Positions 24,741 to 35,014 of a stretch of DNA of 64,000 nucleotides are shown in pieces. Positions within the stretch are counted from its first letter, which is position 1. Each line of letters starts with the position of its first letter. The notes below the pieces were generated by a model. It was not told where the DNA came from, did not search any database, and saw only the letters and a list, made by a program, of their open reading frames with translations. The translations under genes were made by a program, and so were the position numbers. The stretch lies in contig JAUCBJ010007596.1 in NCBI GenBank assembly GCA_032718475.1, forward strand, positions 6,390 through 70,389, written 5' to 3'. This DNA comes from Nemertoderma westbladi (lineage: Eukaryota; Animalia; Xenacoelomorpha).

Positions 24741-27700
24741 GTGAGGATACCACGGACTATGAGATAGTAGGCCTACTTACTGCTGTAAGGTAAGTCAGGC
24801 TGATTTGACTGGTACATATATATTTGGGATGCCATCCCATTGATTATTATTATTATTATTATATGGGGGTTATGGAGATTATATACCTTCCTCTTATTCA
24901 CATATGGCGCAGTTTGTAGTTGATCCTACGCAAAGTACCAACAAACTCATCAAGACACTCATGCCTACAGGTATTTACCGGTACCATTTATAAATTCGGG
25001 ACTCTGGTTCACCATGCAGCGTGGGCGGTCTGGCAAGAAGGTACGCCCAGGCCAAGAGCAGTCTGACTCTGGAAGTGACGCTGAAACTGTGGCTGCAACA
25101 GGAGGATTTGTTTTCGCCGCTCTTACACACATGTTTCAGGAGCAACTAGCGGCTCAAAATACTGCCTCTGAACGGCGGCGCCTGGCCGAAATCCAGGGTG
25201 CTGCCCTCGAGCCACAAACTGTGGCCCATGAACGCATTGCTCATCTACTTGCTACCATACAGCAACAACATGTGGAACCGACTCAACCAGTGCTGAATTG
25301 CCAGGCGACCAATGCCGACCTCCCAAAACGACGCACCATCGATATTAAGGATATCAACAAACTTGGAGATGATGTCGACCTCCCCACATTCCGGAAGTGG
25401 TGGAAGTCCTGGGATGTTAGGATATTCAGCAAACCCTAGAGATCACTCTCCACATCGACCTCAACTCCGATGATACAATGATGGCGATAATACTCGACAC
25501 TCTTCAGGCTCACCTCCACGCCAAACGATCAATTGCTCTAGATCGGATCAAGTTCCACAGCGCTACTCTGGGGCCCAACCAGTCATTTGAATCTTTTAGG
25601 CAACCCCTTGAGGAGTTGGCTGATAATGCAGAGATGTGCATACACTGCAGACAGGACCCAATCGTAACTCGGATTATAATCGGGATTTGATCCTCAGAGA
25701 TCCGGACTAAACTCCTCCGCATACTTCCTGCTCCAACCCTGGAAAATGCCACCACAATCTGCCAATCTATGGAATCGAGTGAAAGAAATGAATCTATATT
25801 TGGAAGTGGACGTCCCATTCAGCAGATTTCTCGGACAGGCCAATATCAATGGGGACGGAGTTTATCAAATCCTCGTGATCATAACCACGGTCGCTCACCA
25901 AGCTCGGAACGCGCTGGTTCTTGCAGAAATTGCGGTCACCCCTATAATCTAGGGAGATCCCACTGCCCTGCACGAGAATCGAAATGTGGTGGATGTGGGA
26001 AACGGGAGCATTTCAGACGCGTATGCCGGAGCTCGAAAGCCAACCCACGCCCAATGGACTCTAAACCTACAGGTAACGTTTCTAATCTAAACACTGTTCT
26101 TCCACCATGTGCTGGAATAAACCATGTTTAGGTTCAGTCTACCAAACATGTTTCTTCCACCATATGCGACCTGCGATACAACCAGGTTACAGTTCATGAT
26201 GGGAAAACGGGACAGTGGCTTCAGTCGATTAAAGCCCCCCCAGACAGTGGTGCGGCTGCTTCAATCATAAGTTGGAAAGTTTTTGCTATTATGGTGGATG
26301 CCCAATCGGAACTAATACCCACGCCAGGTGCGGATCTCCTTGCTGCTGATGGCCTTCCGCTTCAGATCCTCGAAAAACTACCTGTCTGCCTTTCTTATTC
26401 CAGTGCAACCTGCGACACCAAACTCTTTGTCTCAGAGGAAACTCAGGGATGCATCCTACCCCGACAAACTTCGCAGGTCCTAGGAATTCTCCCAGCTACA
26501 TTTCCCCGGTGTATCGATGCTGTAGAGTTCCCAATACACTCAATCCACCCAGGTGATATTCCTCAGCTCAAGCAAAAGTTGATGAGCGAATTTGCAGGAG
26601 TTTTTCACGAATCTGATAAACCTCTCCCTACGATGGATGGTCCCCCAATGCGGATAACTCTTAAGGAGGGAGCCCAACCCCTCCATATCAATGGGGCGCG
26701 ACCCATTCCCTTTGTTCTCATGGATGAGGTAAAACAACTCCTCGGCGGCATGGAACAACCCCAAGTCATTGCCAAGATATCTGAGCCAACTGAGTGGGCT
26801 CATCCAATGACTGTGGCTCGGAAACGAAGTGGGAAGCTGCGGCTTAGTGTAGACCTCTAACACCTCAACCACCAGGTCAAACCACCAGGTCTTGTACAGT
26901 CATTAACAGCATCCCAAGCTCTGCCAAATATTTTTCTGTATTTGATGCAGCTTACGGATATTGGCAGGTGCCACAGAGTCGCAGCTCCTAACAACTTTCA
27001 CAACACATTGGGGTCGTTATATCCATCACCGCAGTGTCATGGGTCTCATATCCAGTGGAGATGAATTTAGTCGCCGTAGGGATGATGCTGTCCGTGGGTT
27101 ACCCAATCTCTTATAGATAGTAGACGATGTTCTCTTGTACCATGACACACTGGAGCAACACATTGCTGGAGTATGCAATTTTCTCCAAAGGTGTCGTGAA
27201 CATAATATCACTCTTCATCCTGGGAAAGTCCAATTTGCTCTTTCTTAGGTCAAGTTTTCAGGCTATCTTGTTGGGTCATCTGGAATACACGCTGACCCCA
27301 CTAAGACCCAGGCAATATCCTCATTTCCACGTCCAACAAATATAACCGAACTTAGATCATTTGTGGGTCTGGTTGAGCAATTGGCTCCTTTTTTACAGGA
27401 CATAGCATCAACACTATCACCTCTTCGTCCACTTCTCAGCACAAAGAAGAAAACTTTCCCCTTATGTGTTTAACACAATCTGGAAAAAAGGTAATCCCAC
27501 CCCAGCCTATATCACAGATGATGGTGAAACCTCGCACTGCATTCAGGCTGTCACATCCCATGCCGCTAATCTCTTAGGGTCCCTTGGGTCAAATCCCCCT
27601 ATACTGGATTCGGAGATACCAGCGCACCTGGCTGACCCAGTACTCACTTCACTGTTTAAGTCAGCTCGGGAGGACCCTGATTATGTAACCCTTCTAGAAG

Positions 27701-29510
27701 CTGTTCATTCTGGTTTCCAACCTTCTTCACGATCTCACCCTGGAGTTGCTCCATTCTGGTAAATCTGGGATGATCTTACCACAGATCAAGATCTGGTACT
27801 ATATAGGATAGTGATTCCTAAATCCTGGAGAAGGGAAACCCTCATTAAACTCCATGCTGCCCACCAGGGTGTATCACGTACCCTCCAGCATGCAAGGTAG
27901 GTTATTTACTGGCCAGGGATCACCTCTGACTTTCACAACACAGTGAGCTCATGCGCGAAATGCCTCAACTTTCAACCCAGTCATCCAAAGGAGCCCCTCC
28001 TCAACGACCCACTGCCAATGAGGCCCTTTGAAGACATATCCGGAGACTTTTATTTGCTCGATGGACACGACTTTCTGGCCACTTTCTGACCGGTATTCAG
28101 GCTGGCCTGTGGTGTTCCCTTTTGCAAACCCACCAACAGCCAATAAAACAGCCTCCTGTCTACGGAACAAATTTATACAATATGGTGTCCCAGCATGGTT
28201 CCGTTCTGATGGAGTTTCTCGACTTCCTGGAGTTGTTGTTGTTGTGGGGTGTTACCCCAGTCCGGTCCAGCCCAGAGAACCCGCAGAGTAATGGCCATGC
28301 TGAATCTGCTGTAAAGGCCATTAAACACCTCACTAAAACGGGTGGCAATATAAACTCTGATGAATTCCAAAAAGGTCTGCTGGAACTTTGTAACTCTCCC
28401 CATGGTAGCGGTCAATCACCAGCTCAGATATTGTATGGGCACCCCATGCGTACTCGTGTGCCCTCACACAGCCGAGCATTCTTAACCACACATCAGGAAA
28501 CCCGTACTCGTTTAGATGCAGTGGCCCCAGAATTCCAAGAAAAGGCCACGGCCTACTACAACGGAGGGAAGAAACCTCTGCTGGAATTATCAGTACAAAC
28601 CCCAGTTCTAATTCAGAACCCTTCTACCAAGAGATGGGACCGCATGGGAACTGTAGTGGAGTGCTCTCCATATCGCGCTTACAAAGACGGGGTGTCTGGT
28701 CGAATCCTCACGCGCAACCGCCGTCTCCTTGAAGAACACCGCAATGGTTAGTGACAGTACTCCCATTGGGGAAATAGACACAACACCACCAACACCTCCT
28801 CGGACAAACACTCCCAACACACTTCGCTGGGATCCGAACCTTTTTTCAATGCAGCTAATCCCAGCTAGGAGAAAGAATACCCGACTCGTTCACGTCGGTC
28901 CTCTGACAGACTTGTGGTTCAAAAATAAGCTCGTTGCATAGCAACAAGCTAGAGAGGGGGTGTGAGGATACCACGGACTATGAGACAGTACTTACTGCTG
29001 TATGGTAAGTCAGGCTGATTTGTCTGGTACATATATATTGGGGATGCGATTGTATTTAATGCTACTACAACTACGATTATTACTACGATTAAACTTTGAC
29101 TTTTAAATAACAATTGGACATGATGATGTAATTTTTTCCAGCACATAATTTTGAAAAGTGCCGCCGTTATTTTTTCAAAAAATGAAAAATGCCGATATCT
29201 CGAAACCCAAAAGTCAGAATATTTTAAAAATACTATTTTTGGGATTGTCTTGAGCTTAATTTCACTTTTGAATATGGACATGGTGATTCAATTTTTTCAG
29301 GCACATAATTTTGAAAAGTGCCGGTATTTTTTCAAAAATTGAAAAATGGCAATATCTCGAAAACCAAAAGACAGAATATTTTAAATTTACTATTTTTGTG
29401 TTTATCTTGACCTGACTTTTAATTTTGAATAACAATCGGACATGGTGATTTAATTTTTTCAGGCACATAATTTTGAAAATTGCCGGTATTTTTTCAAAAA
29501 ATGCAAAATG
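24515..29510. repeat. Foldback arms (24515-24680 inverted relative to about 2.5 tandem units of about 165 bp at 29090-29510) flanking gypsy-2
   Basis: AAAAATAGTATTTTTAAAATATTCTGAC...TTTTCAAAATTATGTGCC on the left matches the reverse complement of GCACATAATTTTGAAAA...GTCAGAATATTTTAAAAATACTATTTTT on the right. Confidence 0.7.
24740..29085 (+). mobile_element. Degenerate Ty3/gypsy LTR retrotransposon (second family); 3' LTR truncated or diverged
   Basis: The 5' LTR 24740-24902 (TGTGAGGATACCACGGAC...CACA) is repeated from 28961. PBS TGGCGCAG at 24905, PPT AGAGAGGGGG at 28951. Fragmented gag knuckle (CGGCGKREHFRRVC), protease DSGA, RT (WAHPM, IVDD) and integrase (HAAHQG, NGHAESAVK). Many stops and frameshifts; RNase H largely deleted. 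Confidence 0.9.
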
Positions 29511-29881
29511 AAACATGCTGACGCGCGACTGGCAGACTGGTAAAAGCTGTGAATAGCAGCTGTGTTAAGAAGAAACTAATCTTAATTTAGCGATATTTTA
29601 AAAGCAACTAAATTTACAATGTGTGAAAAGCCCAAATGAAATTCAATATTAATTTTCGCCCATGTGAAGAATACCAGGATTTCACTTTTCGGTCGACGTT
29701 TGAATGGAATTTTATATATGAAGATTTATCATTTTTTTTAATTTATCTTTATTAAGTTCGCCACATTTTCGATCCAGTTCGGTCCAGATTCGTGTAGAGT
29801 ACAGTACTGTACTATTCCAAAATAATCTGAATAGTAATAAACTTTATTGTCAACTTCCGATCAATTCTGGAAAACTATAAC

Positions 29882-30850
29882 ATGGCTCAACAAGTTTTCT
29901 ATAGAGATGCGGTTGACATTCCATGGCCTGACCATGGGGACTCTGATGTTACCCCTGACAACCGAATGGTTTCACTTAGAAGATGGTGGGTTGGAGTTGT
30001 TGGTGGTATTATCATTGTGTTGCTAGTGGGAGCGGCGTTAGCAACATTGTTTGTTATAATGTCAACCAAATCCACCACAGATGAATTGGAAAACCAGATT
30101 GCAATTCACAATAACAATGTTGTGGAACATATTGGGAAAATAGATGAAAGTATTGGTGATCTGAAGGAAACAAATAAGAACTTATTGAAAAAGTTGTCGC
30201 AGCTTCACCCTGTTTTAGTTTGTTTAAATACTGAAGTAAACACTGTCGCCATCGTCAACTATATTAATGGACTCAATGGACTCATTCGATGCGACAACAC
30301 AGTCCCTGGCGGGGCCGGGCCCTGGGCGGTGATACAAAGACGCGTAGATGGATCAGAAGATTTCTTCCGCGATTGGGACAGTTACGTCTCCGGCTTTGGA
30401 GATGTGGAGACGGAGTTCTTTCTGGGATTAGAAAATATTCACAAACTTACCAAAGATGGCGCCGTCGTACGGGTCGATCTGTGGTACCAAGGTGAACACA
30501 AGTTTGCTGAGTACCAAAACTTTAGTATTGGAGGTCCTAAGGATAATTACGCGCTAGATATATCTGGGTATAGCGGCACGGCTGGTGACTCTATACTCTA
30601 TGGGAGCCCCGATACCGATGAGAACATCTATGGATCGTCATTCTCGACTCACGATAGAGATAACGATGCTACTCCAGGTAACTGTGCTGCCGTCCACAAA
30701 GCGGGTTGGTGGTATCGGAGATGCTCCGCCTCAAATATAAACGGCGTCTACGGAGGAGAGTTTACAGAGGGACCGTATTGGTTCACATTCACAGAGAGTT
30801 ACGTTCCGATGGATAAAGTGGAGATCAAGATTGGAGTAGTAAATCCATAA
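29882..30850 (+). CDS. Type II membrane fibrinogen-related-domain (FReD) protein, FIBCD1/ficolin/tachylectin-like, single exon
   Basis: Short N-terminal tail, TM helix WWVGVVGGIIIVLLVGAALATLFVIM, coiled coil, then FBG motifs WAVIQRRVDGSEDFFRDW..Y..GFG, EFFLGLENIH, YSGTAGDS, FSTHDRDND, NCA and GWWY..C..SNING. Confidence 0.9.
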   Translation: MAQQVFYRDAVDIPWPDHGDSDVTPDNRMVSLRRWWVGVVGGIIIVLLVGAALATLFVIMSTKSTTDELENQIAIHNNNVVEHIGKIDESIGDLKETNKNLLKKLSQLHPVLVCLNTEVNTVAIVNYINGLNGLIRCDNTVPGGAGPWAVIQRRVDGSEDFFRDWDSYVSGFGDVETEFFLGLENIHKLTKDGAVVRVDLWYQGEHKFAEYQNFSIGGPKDNYALDISGYSGTAGDSILYGSPDTDENIYGSSFSTHDRDNDATPGNCAAVHKAGWWYRRCSASNINGVYGGEFTEGPYWFTFTESYVPMDKVEIKIGVVNP

Positions 30851-31510
30851 TCGCCAAACATTAACTATACCGACAATTCGTGTGTTTAGTATTTTAGTAT
30901 AACAAATAATTGTACAGTAGTAAAGAACTACCTTAATTGGTAGTTTACATTGAGTCATAACAATTCAGAAAACTATTATAGATATTGTTATATACAATCA
31001 AAACTTCCTCTTAACTGGGTAAGGTGGGTAAGGTCTGGCTATGATATTATTGCTAATTGATTGCTTGAATGGTGAAAATAAAAAGTGAATTACATTGAGA
31101 GTACCATGACATGGAGCGGGGAGGATATCTAAAAATACTTAACATACTGCCCAGATCTGGCAATGCTTACTTTCAGATAGGGTGGAAAACTGGACGCAAT
31201 AAAAATTCATGCCTCTCCGGGGGAAATTGGACACAAATAACAGGTGGTTACTCTCAAGAATAAAACTGTAACCTGTTCTATTGTGTTTAGTTTATTGTTT
31301 TGGTTAAAATAACGTGCCATTGTAACCTGCTCCTTTACCTAAATTGAGAATTTAACATTGAGTCGGGATATTAATTCGCCAAGATGGGATTTGCGTACAG
31401 TCCCCCCACCCCCCTGTCTCATTACTTTATTATAAATGAATTAATCATAAGTTTTATTTGTTCGATCGATTTATTGCTCTTGGGTTTACCTTTCTTCAGC
31501 CCAACAGCGA

Positions 31511-32697
31511 TGTAAAAGCTTTTGCGGATATACTCAGTCCCCCTCGCCCGCAAGGTACCGTTATAGGTGTTTTAACGGACATAAAAGTCATTCTTCGATA
31601 TGTGTGCTTTGGTGGACATGGTAAGGCAAAAAACCCGCAATGCGTAAAATACCCTGGCACAGCTTAGCCTTGATGATTCAGATTACGACATCTAACAGCT
31701 GGTTGCTGACATGGAAACGGCCATTGGACACATGGTTCTTTGTTTAGCTTAACAGCCAATCAGAGCGATTTTTTCTGTCGATGTGGAGATTTTTGGCAGA
31801 TCATGCTAGGAGTGTTCAGTCTTACTGTTATTCTTGATACTGTTGTGTTGTTTCTATCTAGGCCAGGAACACCGGCTCTAGAGTCAATTCGTTTCAGACT
31901 TTAGAAGAAACATTAGTAGGCTTAAGATTATAGAGCGTATAACTGTTATCAGTCCAGTTCATATCATAACATATCTTGTCATATCATATCTTAACCTACC
32001 GTCTTAATGCTTTTTACTGTTGTCATATTTTGTATCAGTTGGTTGAATATTATTTGGAGAACATTTATAAAGAACCCAAATTTCCCAATTTTCTTGATAC
32101 ACTACAGGTTAGAGAGACAGGTTACATATAGCGATTGCGACTTACATTATTGTGGTTTGTAGTGAATTTAATGCTATTTGATAAGCACTACATGAGTCAG
32201 TTGCTGTTCTCTTTATATATGATAAAATTCATTGACGGTCGGCAAATTAGTGAGCAGTATTGTGTGTTACCGGTAGTGTGCATGATTGTGACTGATAACT
32301 AAGCATTTCCTAAAGAATGCGCCTCATACGTGAATCATAAGCCTTACCGACTTACCGTTGTGTTTAGTACAAGTCATATCTCTGTTTACCTAGATAGAGC
32401 GCCACGTCCTAAAGGAACTGTTAATATTTCCCGAAAGTGAATAATATTGGTCAGAAATTATTTATTAACAATCAATCGAATAATACAGTAAGCTTACACT
32501 GCAATAATAATCTAAGCCCTCAGAATCCAGTCTCCCGGGTATATCCAGCGGGTGAATGGACGCGCACTAGGCTGGCTTCTGCTAATGTTGTGTTTATGGG
32601 TATTAAATATTTGTCAATTTCTAAAGTCTATTTATAAACCAAAAGACATATAAATTTTGGCAGGTTAAACTGCTAAAGGTCTTCAAAAGCGCGTACA
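31511..32697 (+). repeat. BEL 5' LTR with CCAAT boxes (about 31722 and 31756) and TCAGT initiator-like motifs
   Basis: Direct repeat of 47869-49055. Contains ATTGG, CCAATCA, and TCAGT at about 31816 and 31949. Confidence 0.9.
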
Positions 32698-32762
32698 ATA
32701 ACAGTTATTGTCTTTATTGTAGTAAGCAATAAAGTTGAAAGTACCGGTCGACCGGTAAACCT

Positions 32763-32962
32763 GAACCGGTACTGCTGTAGGTCCGTAGGCCCAACTGCCA
32801 GAACCGGTACTGCTGTAGGTCCGTAGGCCCAACTGCCAGAACCGGTACTGCTGTAGGTCCGTAGGCCCAACTGCCAGAACCGGTACTGCTGTAGGTCCGT
32901 AGGCCTAACTGCCTGAACCGGTACTGCTGTAGGTCTGTAGGCCCAACTGTCCTAACCGGTAC
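32763..32962 (+). repeat. 38 bp tandem repeat, about 5 copies, in the BEL 5' leader
   Basis: Unit GAACCGGTACTGCTGTAGGTCCGTAGGCCCAACTGCCA. Confidence 0.9.
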
Positions 32963-33149
32963 TTCCAGTATAAGTACATTAGTATTATTCGATTTTGATT
33001 ATTGTATACCGGTAGGTCTTAGTATTTAATCAGGGACTGCAGCCCTGGTTTTTTATTGAGATTTTACTTATTTCTGTCAGTTTTATTTCCTAGTAAGTTA
33101 ATATTGAGCTGAAGACGTGTAAGTCTGCTCAGATTGTTCAGATAACTGT

Positions 33150-33720
33150 AGGCCGGACTGTTGTCGGATTGTTGTTGGGTTTGGAGAGATTACGGCGTGT
33201 GTAGAGTTTGTCTGATAAAGTGCCAGTTAGTAAGTTGGGGCAGCCAGAGCTGTAAGGTCAATCCCCTCTTAAAGAATAAGTCGTACTACCGTGTTAGAAC
33301 GCATACTAACTAACCATTTTGGAATCTGCACATACTGTAGTTTATTTAGGCTTGACAGTATTCTGCCAGCGTTTTGGCCTGTGTTTGTTTGTGTGGTCTG
33401 TTCAGGTACCGTAATAGTTATTACTCAGATATTTTGTAGGCTGGATTGTTGTCTAGCTATTATTAGGTCTGAAGAGATTGCTGCGTGTGTAGAGTTTGTC
33501 TGATAAAGTGCCAGTTAGTAAGTTGGGGCAGCCAGAGCTGTAAGGTCAATCCCCTCTTAAAGAATAAGTCGTAATACCGTGTTAGAACGCATACTAACTA
33601 ACCATTTTGGAATCTGCACATACTGTAGTTTATTTAGGCTTGGTGGTAGTCTGCCAGCGTTTGGTTTGTATTTTGTTTGAGTATTCTGTACGGGTAGCGT
33701 AATATTTATTATTCAGAGTT
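33150..33720 (+). repeat. About 290 bp tandem duplication in the BEL leader
   Basis: GCGTGTGTAGAGTTTGTCTGATAAAGTGCCAG...TTTAGGCTTG occurs at about 33196 and 33483. Confidence 0.85.
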
Positions 33721-35014
33721 TATGCGATTATTCGCAACATTCATGTCCCCAAGTTTATTCCTACAGTAATTGTGCTTGTTACACATACCGTTATAGTTAA
33801 ATTAACCCCGGTACTACACGGGCTGCTTGGCGTAGGTAAAGACTGGGGACTTTGTGCTCCGGTCACTCCAGCAGATGCCGTGGTTCTTTTAACTGTTCAA
33901 GTATATTTAACTACTGATTATTTGTTGTACCAGTACTTGTACCTAATTTAGGGTTTAGTGTACAGTGCTTTCCGAAGGTAATTAGTGTGTAGGCAGTATA
34001 TTTGTGTTGTAAAGTGGTTAATAGGCACGTTGGATCTGGTAGTCCGCGGTAATTAACTTCCAGGTAGGAACACTCCGTGATACATAACGTAGTACCTATA
34101 GCGATACGGCTATAGGTCGTCAGGCGGTGGTATTTTCCTATCTGGACAGTGCAATATATTTACTACTACTTATTATTTTCAAATACCGTAGTACCCTGTC
34201 CGTTGTAATAACCAGAATTCTAACACTTTGTTAGGCTGGTTTGTAGACTTCCTGTAAAATTACCCTAAAAATTTCGTACGTAATATTTTGTTGTGTTTAA
34301 TTAGAGATTTAATCTCACCCATATCGTAAGTAATTTGTAGTATTAAGTAACTTAGGTAAATTAGAATTATCTGTTTTAGTGTCCCATAAGTAGCACTTCA
34401 CTGAGAGCGCACAGCTTCTGTGTAGTGACTTCCCCCAGAAATAATAACATTTATTTCAAATATTGACAAAAAAAACCCATTTTAAACGGGTATATAAATA
34501 TTATAAATCAACTCAAACGATTTATAAATAGTAGGCCTGCCATACAACAACTAGGTCTCAATATCAGTTGGACTACTGCTTAAATAACGGTAATAAAGTA
34601 AGTTAAAGTAACCAAGTAACCCTAAAATATTCAGAAATTCAATTATTCTAAAATAATTGACATACCGGTATTTACCATAGGCTTATTATATTTATTTCTA
34701 TAAATTTGTGCTGAAATCATACCGGTATTCTGTAATTAATTCTAGTTCATAATTATACTTATATATCCTATAAGTGTAAGCTGCATACCGGTATTCACGA
34801 TAGGCTTATTATATATTTATATATATTTGTGCTAAAATTATATACCGGTACTCTGTGACAAACCTAGTTTACAATACTTATATATACTATAAGTGTATAC
34901 CGGTATTCTAATATACTGTAATAAATTACCGGTACTAGGCCAACGGTCATACTGAATTACTAGACTTGCTTTAACTGTAACTATAGCAGTAAGCATTCAA
35001 CTGTATAGCTAAAC

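Larger units (their letters stand above)
22199..29799. mobile_element. Composite TIR element (TA-flanked) enclosing a foldback repeat and a gypsy element
   Basis: TA-CTCTACACGACGAATCTGGACCGAACTGGATCGAAAGTGTGGCGAACT is mirrored at 29755-29799-TA. A second block at 22350-22420 is mirrored at 29560-29620. Confidence 0.75.
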
